Source: Octopus bimaculoides (Eukaryota). Taken from it: a stretch of 54,884 nucleotides of DNA. Each line of letters begins with the position of its first letter. Position 1 is the first letter of the stretch. The notes below the pieces were generated by a model. That model was not told the origin of the DNA, ran no database searches, and saw nothing but the letters and a program-made list of their open reading frames with translations. The position numbers and the translations under genes were made by a program. Shown here piece after piece: positions 23,440 through 36,290 of the stretch. Location of the stretch: contig NC_069005.1 in the NCBI RefSeq assembly GCF_001194135.2, positions 26,721,299 through 26,776,182 of the forward strand. The letters run 5' to 3'.

Positions 23440-23750
23440 TCAAGGTCAATCCACTACTACTCCGTTTTGAGAGGTCACAGCTCCAATGCTATGGACAAGT
23501 TGTAAGAACGTTGTAGAAAAAAAATCGCAAGATGGATTCTTCAAGCTGAGCCAACTGACAGGAGACCTAGGGAGAGGCCAAGAACGAGATGATTAGATAA
23601 TATCCACAGTCTCTATTGGTCATGCTTGGGAATTCAGCCAGAAAATCTAAAGACAGTTTCTTCCGACAGAACCTTATAGATGAGGTGCCTGAGGACAGCA
23701 CTATCCCCACAACCATCCTAGGAACAATGAGTGGAGAAGATGGATGGAAC
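23440..23750 (+). mobile_element. RTE-clade LINE 3' end
   Basis: RSQLQCYGQVVR..RRPRERPRTR*LDNIHSLYWSCLGIQP. Same family as 29770-29950. Confidence 0.8.
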
Positions 23751-24400
23751 TTTAAAATACAGAACTTTCTACCATAAAAATTGAGATGGTACCAAGCAGG
23801 TTAGTATCAAAATGGTTATAGATCTCTGACATTTCAGCAACAGGAGCAGTGACAAAATTGGTAGAGTGACAGAAATAATATTATTCAATTTTGCATTCAA
23901 AACTTCTTATTGATTTAAAAATACTTGCAACTACAGGAAAGTTATACTGGATAGTGTAGTCCAAGGTACATTAGGACTCAAAAAAAATAAGATTCCCCAA
24001 AGCTGGAACAACTTTGATCATAAGTATGGTGAATCAGAGCCAACCTGGGTCCCAGAAACAAGTAACTCCACTATATACATCTACAACATCCTACATATGT
24101 AGGTATCCCTACAAGACAGAAACACTGTGTTCTTGAAAATTTGGTGTAATGTGAAATTCCATAACATGGAATCAATTTCCCATTAACTTCTATGTTAGAT
24201 GGAAGTCACGAGGAAAAAAGGTAGCACATAATGGAATTCTACATCGCAGCAAGATTTTCAGGAATGCAATGTTTCCATAGGACTGGTCATATATGGATTA
24301 CACCTCTCCTCTACACACACACATCATAGCTTAACATCCATCTTCTATGCTGACATGGGCTGAATGGTTCAATAAAATCCAGCACATGTAAATGTGCATG

Positions 24401-24456
<56 letters not shown>

Positions 24457-24652
24457 TGTATATATATATATATATATACGTTTAGGGAAAAGAACCAAGG
24501 TTCATGAACTCATCGATGAAAATCCATTGTCACATATAGAAAAATTAATAATTAATTTTATACTGTGAAACTTAATTTAATTTTAATTTTTAATAAATTG
24601 ATTTTAATTGAGTTTTTACCTGTAATTTTGGATTTTATCCCTAATATAATTG

Positions 24653-24653
<1 letters not shown>

Positions 24654-24741
<88 letters not shown>
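24654..24741. repeat. Pure (TA)n tract of about 88 bp
   Basis: Read directly from the sequence. Confidence 0.98.
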
Positions 24742-24749
<8 letters not shown>

Positions 24750-27469
24750 TACATACACACACACAAGCATATACATGTATATGCATATCTGCCTGTTTGT
24801 TTGTTTGTTTCTCTATCTCTCTTTACATATATATATATATACACAAATACACATAAATACACAAATGCATTCTGAAGATGGAAAACTGGCATGGTCATTA
24901 GAGTAGCGAATAGAATACCTTGTGGTATTTGCTTTGAAGCTCTGCAAATGGGTACCTCTGGCCATTACAGTGTGAGATACTTCCTTTGCCAAGCTACACT
25001 GAAAAGGAACCTCAATACTGTTGGTTTCTGGTCACAGCTAAAGCTCACTGACCTCAACAACACCAAACACAGATTATCTTGATGGGTAAACATTTTTCTT
25101 GTTTCAAGAAGGGTAAGTTGTTTAATTGGGTAAATCCCACATGATATGTTCTCCAATGTCAACCCTGTCACATACAGTGTAGAAAAACAGAAGATGACTA
25201 AACACAAGTTGCTAGTACATTTCTGTCACTGTTGAGAGCTTTGGTGTCCTGAATCTTCAAACTGACAGCCCTCCATCAAACTGGAAGGAAGCCATTATGC
25301 CTGAAAAAGGAACCCGGTCAAGTGGAGTGGTTGAAGCAATGGATACCACCAGCTGTTTTTCACAACAATGTTTTTGTTATCCTTTCCACAGAATATAATG
25401 ATTAATTACTCAATAAAAATATGACATGTAAAATTAGTGTTTGGGAACAGTAAAATCAAATCACATCTGTCCAAATGGAGTTTTCAACCCAATATTTACA
25501 TGCTGTTGTTTATAGTGAAGGTGTGTGATGTAGTAGTTAGGATATTCAGTTCACAGTCATCAGGTCAAGATTTCAATTCCCAGCTGCAGACTGTGTCCTT
25601 GAACAAGACACTTTATTTCACATTGCTCCAGTCCACTCAGCTGACAATCATACTTTTTCCTGAGATTACATTAAGCCAGACGTGTCCGTTTTAACTCCCA
25701 ACAGCACATTATGTTCTTCAGCTAGACATTTTATTCCAAATTGCTCCAGTCTACTCAGTTCCCAAAAGTGAGTAGCACCTGCAATTCAAAGGGCCAGCTT
25801 TGTCACATTCTGTGTCACCCTGAATGTCCCTGTGGAGTGCTTAGTCACTTCCATGGTAATTTCATGAGCACACTATTCCATTGATCGGATGAACTGGAAC
25901 CCTTGTTGTAATTGACAGAGTGCCATCATTGTTTATACCGTTATATGCTTCAAGATTCACAGTTCCAAAAACATTATTTTACATTCCCCTAAAAGTTTAT
26001 TAAAAAAAATTCTATTGCAGAATTTATTTTTTTCTTTTCTTTTACCTTAAGTATATTGTGCGAGAACATAAATCTCCCCCCCACACCTTTATCATTTTTG
26101 TCCCCTTTCAATGCTGACAGACCCTGCAGATTAGTACAGTCCAAGTCAATTTTTATTTGGCATTACAGACCCTCGTAGACAAGTTGGAGGATCACATCTT
26201 GCCCTTACATTTTACTTTTGGCTTGGTTTCTACAGTTGGATTAGCACCCTATCCCACAACCCCTTTTCAAAGAGTATTGAGGGCATTTGATTGTCCCTCC
26301 AGCAGTGAAGAGGTTATGTTGTTGGACAAGATATGTGGTCCCTTTAACCTTACATTGTTCCCACTAATTCATCAAACACTAAAGAATATACTGCGTGCAT
26401 TTTCTTGTAGTACCAGTAGGAGAAAAGTTGTCATGTCTTTGACAGGAATAAAGAGTCCTCTCAAACCTACATTGTTGCCACTCATTTGCCAAACACACTA
26501 CAGAGAGTAATGGCTCAGGAGTAGTGAAGTTGCCTTATATCCCTTAACCCTTTAACATTGAGATTACTGTCAAATGTAATGCTCATCATCATCATCATCA
26601 TCATTTAACATCCATTTTCCATGCTGGCATGAGTAAGATGGTTTGACAGGAACTGGTAATGCCAGGGGCTGCACCAGGTTCCATAGTCTGTTTTGGCTTG
26701 GTTTCTACAGCTGGATGCCCTTCCTAATGCCAACTACTTTACAGAGTGTACTTTTTATGTGGCACCATCACTAATGCTTCTCATGTGGCACCAGCACCCA
26801 CACCAATGCTTTTTATGTGGCACCTTGGTTTTAGGATCTCAGTTCTGTTATGGTGGGTGGGTCTTCTTGAGTACAGCAATGCACTACATATCTTATGTAT
26901 AAATATATTATATANNNNNNNNNNTCTTATATCTTATATATTATATATTCACATCTTATATCTTATATATTCACATCTTATATCTTATATATTCACATCT
27001 TATGTATTATATATTATATATTATATATCTTATGTATTATATATTCACATTGTTTTGATTAAATCATGCATTAACTTGTAGTTTTGAGACTTCAGTGATA
27101 GAACTGATTACTTTTAGAATGACATGGTAGAGTATGTGTGAGAAGCTGGATCTGGCCAGTTTGGATATAAAACAAGTATACGATTTGAGCTAGATATGGC
27201 TAAAGCATTATGATGAGAGTCCTCATTACTCAACAATGCAGCTGTTTGCTCAAAGGAAATAGCTTAGAAGATGGAGAGAAGAATAAGCAGTAAGAGTAGA
27301 GCCAATGTGGGTGAGTAGAGGTAGCAATATATAAGCATTTACAATGTATAATACATTGTAAAGTATATTATTAAATGAAAAGAAACCATTATTTGTATAA
27401 TGCGAAGCTAATTAGTATTTCTAATGACAGAATAATTCAGTCACTTGTTCAGCTATGCCATTACTAAAT

Positions 27470-27690
27470 CTTTAGCATTTAAATGGGCCATATTTGGCCC
27501 AAATATTCTACTTTGTTTTGTTCAAACTGGTCAGATCCAGCCTTTTGCACTTACATTACGATGTCATTCTACAAATAAACAATCGCATCATTGAAATCTC
27601 AAAGCTATGAGATAATAAAGGATTAATTCAAAACAAGGTGAATATATAAGCATTACGTTTGACAGACTAATCTAAATGTTAGAAGTTTTA
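27470..27690 (+). mobile_element. piggyBac-type MITE (CCCTTTAGCAT family); an inverted copy lies at about 27050-27210
   Basis: tttagcatttaaatgggccat...gtaatctaaatg-like internal sequence shared with 41296-41514. Confidence 0.75.
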
Positions 27691-27839
27691 ATATTGCTGC
27701 TTTATGCTTCGGAGGTGCACGAGAGGGATGACTCGTGAAAATGAAGGAATCAATAACGAAAACAAAGGAATAGAAATAGGAAAAATAATTTGACATGTTT
27801 CAGAATATGATAATGATGGGTAATTAAAGTAATACTTAC

Positions 27840-27900
27840 AGAGGCCAAATCATCGTCCTTGAAATACTGGCCAAGGTCTCGCACACCTCCAACAAAGCCA
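27840..27900 (-). CDS. ACAP: ACAP coding exon, 61 nt, phase 2 to 0
   Basis: Acceptor ttctctctttaacatcatag, donor gtaagt. AA|T completes Asn, then GFVGGVRDLGQYFKDDDLAS, compared with human QFMNGIRDLAQYSSNDAVVE. Confidence 0.93.
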
Positions 27901-27979
27901 CTATGATGTTAAAGAGAGAACAGAATAAAACATTATTATATGGTAAGATGTATGTATGTATATATATATATATATATAT

Positions 27980-28633
27980 NNNNNNNNNNNNNNNNNNNNN
28001 NNNNNNNNNNNNNNNNNNNNNNNNNNNNNNNNNNNNNNNNNNNNNNNNNNNNNNNNNNNNNNNNNNNNNNNNNNNNNNNNNNNNNNNNNNNNNNNNNNNN
28101 NNNNNNNNNNNNNNNNNNNNNNNNNNNNNNNNNNNNNNNNNNNNNNNNNNNNNNNNNNNNNNNNNNNNNNNNNNNNNNNNNNNNNNNNNNNNNNNNNNNN
28201 NNNNNNNNNNNNNNNNNNNNNNNNNNNNNNNNNNNNNNNNNNNNNNNNNNNNNNNNNNNNNNNNNNNNNNNNNNNNNNNNNNNNNNNNNNNNNNNNNNNN
28301 NNNNNNNNNNNNNNNNNNNNNNNNNNNNNNNNNNNNNNNNNNNNNNNNNNNNNNNNNNNNNNNNNNNNNNNNNNNNNNNNNNNNNNNNNNNNNNNNNNNN
28401 NNNNNNNNNNNNNNNNNNNNNNNNNNNNNNNNNNNNNNNNNNNNNNNNNNNNNNNNNNNNNNNNNNNNNNNNNNNNNNNNNNNNNNNNNNNNNNNNNNNN
28501 NNNNNNNNNNNNNNNNNNNNNNNNNNNNNNNNNNNNNNNNNNNNNNNNNNNNNNNNNNNNNNNNNNNNNNNNNNNNNNNNNNNNNNNNNNNNNNNNNNNN
28601 NNNNNNNNNNNNNNNNNNNNNNNNNNNNNNNNN
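27980..28633. other. Assembly gap (one of about 18 N runs in the window)
   Basis: Run of N, usually flanked by microsatellites. The missing ACAP exons could lie in such gaps. Confidence 0.99.
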
Positions 28634-28671
<38 letters not shown>

Positions 28672-28714
28672 TAAACAACGATGATGATGATGATGATATA
28701 TATATATATATATC

Positions 28715-28930
28715 ATCATCATCGTCATCGTTTGATGCCCGTTGACATGATGGCATGGGTTGGACAGTTTGACAGGAGCTGACCAGCCAGGGAGCTGTTC
28801 AAACTCCAGTTGTTTCTAGTGACATTGCTTCTATGGCCGGATGCCCTTCCTAATGCCAACCACTTTAGAGTGTACCGGGTGCTTTTTTATGTGCCACCAG
28901 TACAGGTGTATTTGCGCAGCAGCAGCAGCA
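28715..28930 (-). mobile_element. Family F copy
   Basis: catgatggcatgggttggac...ggatgcccttcctaatgccaaccac. Confidence 0.75.
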
Positions 28931-29509
28931 TGAGTGCATCTTCTGAGGTATCGGCACCTGTGACAGACAAGCTTGTATGTGTGGAAGACAGCGATTTTAC
29001 TTACCACTTTTCCATGCTTCCATGGGCCACACAGAATTTGTTGTAGTGGATTTCCTACAACCCTTCTTGTTGCCAACCCTCACCTGTTTCCAACTATTGT
29101 AATATTCCCCATGATCAGACATATTTTTACAAAAGATTAGAAATGAAGGCCATGATGTTACATTCATTTACAACTATCACATGAATGGACCACCCTTGGG
29201 TGTATCATTATTCCATTCAATGTGTTTATGGGGAGAAAAATATTGAAAAACATCAATACATGTCAGAGTGACAAAGAAACAAGGATGGTATCAGGTGGTT
29301 GTGAGATGTGCTAAAAGCAACAGCTAAATTCCCTTAAATCACACACAAAAAAAAAGTTGTTTTTTTTTCATAATCATATGAACTCTCAAGTATACAACAC
29401 AAATTTGCGAAAGTTTTCTGAAAATGCTTAAACCAGAATTCTACCAAAAACGAAAATATGAATGCCCAGATGTTTGTCCTTGAAGAAATGGTGCTGAGTA
29501 GAAACTTTT

Positions 29510-29950
29510 CAACATGGACGCTGAACTGCAGCAGGGGTACATATTGTCACCTTCGCTTTTCATAATTTTCATGAACTGGATTGGCTTGTGCAGCCACTAT
29601 GAAAGTGGTATCATAATTGGTGAGTGTAGGATCAGTCAGGTGATAACTGATGAAGACATGGTGCTACTAATCTCATCAGAAAGTGATTCCCAACATCATA
29701 CATTGAATGAGTTCACTGCCAAGTGTTGCAAGGCAGGGAAGAGAATTAGCACTGCAAAAGACCATGACACTGGTCCTGAGAGTAGACCAAGAACAAGATG
29801 GCTGGATAATATCCAGAGTCTCAGTTGGTCATGCTTGGAAATCCAGCCAGAACGCGTAAATATGGAAGCTTCTGATAGGATCCTATGGAGTAGGAGTAAC
29901 CTGGGGAATCTACCCCTACAACCCTCCTAGGAATAGTGGGTGGAGAAGAT
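29510..29950 (+). mobile_element. Internally deleted RTE-clade LINE fragment (RT core fused to 3' end)
   Basis: LQQGYILSPSLFIIFMNWI..EDMVLLISSESD..KRISTAK runs directly into RPRTRWLDNIQSLSWSCLEIQP. Confidence 0.85.
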
Positions 29951-30007
29951 GGGTGAATGGGTGGTTTGATGGAAAAGATGAAAAAGAGAATATCAAAAGC
30001 GACTTAC

Positions 30008-30066
30008 TTGCTTGCAGTATGAAATGCTTTTCCTGTCTCAATCATACTGGAACAAAGCTTCACCAG
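30008..30066 (-). CDS. ACAP: ACAP coding exon, 59 nt, phase 0 to 2
   Basis: Acceptor ttctttttccctgtatttcacag, donor gtaagt. Translates LVKLCSSMIETGKAFHTAS+AA, compared with human LVKLCIAMIDTGKAFCVAN. Confidence 0.95.
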
Positions 30067-30544
30067 CTGTGAAATACAGGGAAAAAGAACAAAACAATTA
30101 TAAATTCATAACATATTCAAAATAACTGCAATGCTACAGAGCTGACTACTGATTGGTATGTTGGGTAGTGAGGATAAAGAACATTTTTGTTTGGTAAAAC
30201 AGGCTCAGCTAGACAAGTTAAATAAATGAGGATAATAGCTTTGAAGGGCTGCAAAAAAACTGCCAATAAGTCACGGTTAATTTCTTATAAGTATAAAATT
30301 GTATTTTATATACTGACATATGAATCTGAGCAGAATACTACACACCTACATACATATAATAAATAACCAAAGTATACATCATTACAGATCTTACCAACTG
30401 GTTTCACACAAGATATTAGATAATCACACTGTTATGTAATATCCGGTTAAGTAACATCATATGCTCTTCAGAGTGCAAAACTGATTAGTAGGATTGGCAG
30501 CAATGGTGCTATGATGCTGTATAATCTGATTAATATACACACTG

Positions 30545-30656
30545 AAGCAACATGAAATAAAGTGTCTTGCTCAAGGAGACAATGCGTCGCCAGAAGTTGA
30601 ACTCACGACTTTATGATCATGAGCCAAATGCCCTAACCACTAAGCCACATGCCTTC

Positions 30657-30707
<51 letters not shown>

Positions 30708-31010
30708 TGTGTATGTATGCATACATGTGAAGGTGCATGGCTTAGTGGTTAAGGTGTTGCACTCACAATTGCGAGATCGTGGGTTCAATTCCCAAACTTG
30801 TGTTCTTGAGCAAAGCACTTCATTTCACATTGCTCTGCAATCATTTCGACATCTAACATGTGGCACCTGTTGCACCTGTACAGGTAATGTCAAAGTGATG
30901 GAGGGAGTGAACTTATGTCTGCACAAACATTTGATCATTATAAACAAATCGCCTGTGTGGTCGTTCGGTAAGTAATTGTCAAAACCCTCATACGTCATCT
31001 AATGATGGGA
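30545..31010. mobile_element. Head-to-head pair of family D SINEs around a (TA)n spacer
   Basis: Minus copy at 30545-30660, plus copy at 30725-31010. Confidence 0.8.
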
Positions 31011-31019
31011 GAGTTCATC

Positions 31020-31110
<91 letters not shown>

Positions 31111-31461
31111 GACAGACAAAGATGACAAGTTGAAACTGTTAGATTCAACAGACAATGTGACAGGAAATAGCTCATTTGTACGTTTTACAACAGATGCAAT
31201 AACTACTACACGAAAGCAACATCATAACCGAGACCACCAAAATGAAAACTTAACTAGAAGTCTGTTAAGTGTGCATTTTGCACAAACATACATTTTTCAC
31301 CAAAAGCCTATATGAGAGATTTACTCGTGGTATCTACCACAGTATAGTTTGTTCTAACAGAACATCCAGCTTTAAGTGGGGATAAATATTACCTCTCAGT
31401 ATTAATACTGCCTCTGTTGTTAATATGTAGTAACACTAACAATAACCTAACATATATATAT

Positions 31462-31497
<36 letters not shown>

Positions 31498-32389
31498 CCC
31501 TAGGTTTGTAATTACATGGTCTCAATGTAAATGAAATCAGATATGACATGAAGGAGGTCAGAGGTGAGAAATGGCAGCTGAAGCCAGATGTATCATAAAC
31601 AAGCTTTGAGGAAATTCTCATATTAAGGTAAATAACAAAAACAGATGAGAATGAATGCATATGTTGTGCATGTATGCACAAGCATACATCTATTGACATG
31701 CTTTATGTATATCCCTATACTAAAATATATACGTACAAGTCTAAGCATACGCATNNNNNNNNNNNNNNNNNNNNNNNNNNNNNNNNNNNNNNNNNNNNNN
31801 NNNNNNNNNNNNNNNNNNNNNNNNNNNNNNNNNNNNNNNNNNNNNNNNNNNNNNNNNNNNNNNNNNNNNNNNNNNNNNNNNNNNNNNNNNNNNNNNNNNN
31901 NNNNNNNNNNNNNNNNNNNNNNNNNNNNNNNNNNNNNNNNNNNNNNNNNNNNNNNNNNNNNNNNNNNNNNNNNNNNNNNNNNNNNNNNNNNNNNNNNNNN
32001 NNNNNNNNNNNNNNNNNNNNNNNNNNNNNNNNNNNNNNNNNNNNNNNNNNNNNNNNNNNNNNNNNNNNNNNNNNNNNNNNNNNNNNNNNNNNNNNNNNNN
32101 NNNNNNNNNNNNNNNNNNNNNNNNNNNNNNNNNNNNNNNNNNNNNNNNNNNNNNNNNNNNNNNNNNNNNNNNNNNNNNNNNNNNNNNNNNNNNNNNNNNN
32201 NNNNNNNNNNNNNNNNNNNNNNNNNNNNNNNNNNNNNNNNNNNNNNNNNNNNNNNNNNNNNNNNNNNNNNNNNNNNNNNNNNNNNNNNNNNNNNNNNNNN
32301 NNNNNNNNNNNNNNNNNNNNNNNNNNNNNNNNNNNNNNNNNNNNNNNNNNNNNNNNNNNNNNNNNNNNNNNNNNNNNNNNNNNNNNNNT

Positions 32390-32705
32390 AAATCAACCCC
32401 AAGACTTATTCTTTGCAAGCCTAGCACTTATTCCATCGGTCTCTTTTACCAAGCCACCAGCATCAGTTGTCGAGCGATGGTAGTGGGACAAACACATACA
32501 CAAAAACACACACATACACATATATATATATATATATATACACATACACGATGGGCTTCTTTCAGTTTCCACCTACCATATCTACTCTCAAGGCTTTGGT
32601 CGGCCTGAGGCTACAGTAAAAGACGCTTGCCCAAAGCGCCATGCATTGAGACTGAACCCGGAACCATGCGGTTGGGAAGCAAGCATCTTACCACATAGCC
32701 ACACC
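32390..32705 (-). mobile_element. SINE family B
   Basis: ttctttcagtttcc...gaacccggaaccatgcggttgggaagcaagc. Confidence 0.85.
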
Positions 32706-32822
32706 TGTGTTTTTTAGTACATGTGTATGAATCACTTTGTTGCTTCCGCTAAATACTCATATTTTAAGTTCTATTTTTCCTGCTTGCATCACCAAACTTC
32801 TATATATATATGCATATACATT

Positions 32823-32866
<44 letters not shown>

Positions 32867-33304
32867 GGGGGTGTTTGTGAGGTGTTTGCATGTGCGTGGT
32901 TGCATAACGAGTGTCAAAACAAACGCAGACTATTATGTACATTAGCCTTTACTTCAAGTCGTTAGGATTAAATAAGAAAACAACTTTCTCTGATTCCTAT
33001 CAGTAAAGCAAGCAATGAGACCTGCCAAAGTTAACAGACAAACCTTTGTCCCACAAAGGCAGCAGAAATACTTTGGAGAGGAAATGTTTACACGGAATTA
33101 AAGAGCCATCGTGATAACAGTTCAAACATAGGTGTTGCAGGCATCGCTGTGTGGTTAAGAAGTTCACTTTGAAGCAATGTGGTTTCCAGGATTTTTTATT
33201 CCATTGTGCAGAAACTATGAACAAACGTCTTTTAGCAGAGTCTCAGGTAGGTTGATGCCTTCTAAGTGTGGAATTTGGAAACCATGTAGATGAATGTCAT
33301 ATTT

Positions 33305-33484
33305 CATCATCATCATCATCATCATCATCGTTTAACGTCCGCTTTCCATGCTAGCATGGGTTGGACGATTTGACTGAAGACTGATGAAACCAGATGGCTA
33401 CACCAGGCTCCAATCTGATTTGGCAGAGTTTCTACAGCTGGTTGCCCTTCCTAACGCCAACCACTTCCTAACGCCAACAATATG

Positions 33485-33525
<41 letters not shown>

Positions 33526-33585
33526 CACCCACTACACTCTCGGAGTGGTTGGCATTAGGAAAGGCATCCAGCTGTAGAAACCTTT
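33305..33585. mobile_element. Family F copy with an inverted piece across a (TA)n tract
   Basis: 33429-33464 is complementary to 33546-33580. Confidence 0.8.
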
Positions 33586-34249
33586 ATGCAAGTTAAATAT
33601 TTATACAAATTTTTCCTTTCCTGAAGTATGTATACATTTTTTTTCTTTTTTTTGGTGGACTCTGTATTTGCAGAATATGATGAACAGGATGGGAGGTGAG
33701 AGTCATGGCCATTATGAAATAGTGTTCAATAGTATGGGTCAATATTGGAAGTGCAAGGTGGTTGCCCAAGGGAGGTGGTTCCAAGGAGAGAGGCAACTGG
33801 GAGCACAAAAGTGTAGGGGATGAAATGTGTTCCTCCCATTTGATTATAATTACAACAGCCAAGATAGTGCTGCAGTTAGAAGAGTGATGGAGGTATAGTG
33901 TTGGGAAGATGGGTTGCGGAAACAACTTAAATGGATGGGGATGCATATAGGCAAAATTATGTGCTTTTAGGAGCTTGTTTTTGCCAAGGTAGACAAGTCT
34001 TCTTGAGCACAACAAACTTCCAGTCATCTCAGTCCTAGGTGTAAGCATGGTTGTTTGGATATGGAGTTTGCTTCATGACCATGTGGTTGTGGGTTCTATT
34101 TCACTGCATGAGTTTTGGACCAACTAGTGAGTGAATGTGTGTGGGGGAGGAGGGGGGTTGCGCACGCGTGAATTTTTTTATATTCTATCTTTGCATGACA
34201 TCATCTGAGCAAAATGGTAAGGTCAGGTTTACGTTCCTTGTAAAGGGTA

Positions 34250-34590
34250 AAGACGCCCCCTTCAGTTATGAATGACCATGAAATTGCACCTAGAAAGTGA
34301 CCCTCCGAGGCACAAGACTGGGCAGGGTTGTTTATGGGAGACCAGCAGTCGCCCATGCATACCAGCTACCCCTTTCCACACCACTGATGTTATCCAAGGA
34401 AGAAGGCAAAGGAGAATACAGCTTGGCCCCCAGTGATGTTGCAACTCATTTCTACAGCTGAGTAAACTGGAGCAACATGAAATAAAGTGTCTTGCTCAAG
34501 AACACGACACAACACACAGTCCGGTCCAAGAACCGAACTCACTACCTCGTGACTGTGAGCGCGGCACTAAACCACTGAGCTATGAGTCTT
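34250..34590 (-). mobile_element. Full-length SINE family D
   Basis: Collinear with 8795-9128. Confidence 0.85.
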
Positions 34591-35849
34591 CTACATTCCT
34601 TATATTTCTTGCATTTCCAAAGATCAGCAGAATAAATAACCCCTTTCCTGTTGTAAGCTTTTTAACCCCCAGGCCAGCTCTGTTCCAGCAGGACTTGGGT
34701 TCTATAACATTATGTACTATGTCACTCATGTTATGTTGTTGATCCTTTTCATCAGCTATAGGAAAAGGATTCTTCTGAGCTTTTTTTTTTTTTTTTTTNN
34801 NNNNNNNNTTTTTTTTTTTTTGATGTTTTATACTTTTAATGGTAAGTCGTAACTTGAGGAGGAATTTGCTGTAATTTGTACAAGTTGAGCTGCCACAAGA
34901 AATTCACTCACTGACTCAAACCAGATGTGTCTGAGAAGAGCAAACCCAACCTTTCCACCATCATCATTATCATCTTCATCACCACTGCAATTAGCACCAC
35001 CATTATCTTAATTAGTACCAGTATTATCCTAATTAGCATGTGATTATCTTAATTACCACACCTACACTTATACCCCATGTTCTAAATTTGTTTTCTTTTC
35101 CACATCGTTGTAATACTGTTCTACATCTCAGGACATGAGACACGAGTGTACCACTGTCGTGTCATGGTTAAGACATGACTGTAATGCTGTTCTATGTCAT
35201 AACTATGTGTCCTGTGCCATAGTTATGACGTCACTAACTCTATCCTGTGAGGATGCATGGCCTAGTGGGTAGGGGTAATGCACTCATGATCATGAGATCG
35301 TGGGTACAATTTCTGGACCAGGTGGTGCATTGTGTTCTTCAGCAAAACACTTCATTTCACTTTTATATGTTATGTGTGGCACACAATGTAACTGTACAGG
35401 TAATGTGAAATTGATGGAGAGACTGAGCAGACGTGCAGCACAAACATTTGATCACAACAAGCAAATCATCTGTGCAGGTTGTTCAGCAAGAGATTATGGA
35501 ACCATCTTTCTCAGACTCGAGAGACTACTAATAATAATTAGTCAGATGTATCGGTCCCAGTACTTAATTTTCTAAAGGCTGGTAATCATTCTATCAGTCT
35601 GTTTGGCTGAACTGCTAAATTACGGGGGGACATAAACACACCAGTGCTGGTTGTCAAGTGGTGGGTGGGCACAGACACAAAGGCACACACACGTGTGTGT
35701 GTGTACGTGTGTGTGTGTGTGTGTGTGTGTACGTGTGTGTGTGTGTGTGTGTGTTTGTGTGTGTAACAACAAAATTTTATATAGAGTTACCCAAGGTTTC
35801 GCACCCACAAAAAACTATCTGCAAATTCTAGGAGTATTGGAGTGAGTCA

Positions 35850-36290
35850 ATTTTGCATGTGCCTTTACTATTTCCTGACCCTCTGCATCATCTCAAGTCC
35901 TCCCTGAGCTCTCTGTCCCTCAAGTTTCCTCCACTGACTGTGCAGCACTTCTTTATAGAATTCCCCTCAGCCATATTTATCATGTGCCCATACCAATGCA
36001 GTCTTCTCTCTCTTGCACACTATTTCCGATTCCTCTTATATTCAATGTTTCTCTCAGCTCAAATATGTTGATGCACACAAATGTTACACATCCAGCAGAG
36101 TATAGCTTCTTTGTGTCTTTCTAGCCTACACATATCCTCTACATTCAAGGACTATCCCTCACTACAATGCAGCATTGTGCTTCACATACAGGCATTATAC
36201 AGTCTACCCTTCACTCTGAGAGAGAAGCTCTTTGTTGCTAGAAGAGGTCCTCTTTGAACTTTTTCTAGACAATTCTCACTCTATTACATT
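35850..36290 (-). mobile_element. RTE/BovB-like LINE ORF2 fragment (post-RT region)
   Basis: SLRVKGRLYNAC..LNVEDMCRLER..WMCN..ELRETLNIRGI..VQERRLHWYGHM. Confidence 0.85.

Noticed and set aside
27836-28756. Long ORFs in the track (for example 306 aa here, and at 20037, 31623, 43357, 45973 and 50917)
   Set aside because: They are open only because they run through N gaps or (TA)n/(CA)n/(ATT)n microsatellites.
35196-35229. 12-bp perfect inverted repeat with a 10-nt loop
   Set aside because: Too short to exceed chance convincingly in 55 kb of AT-rich DNA, and there is no supporting context.
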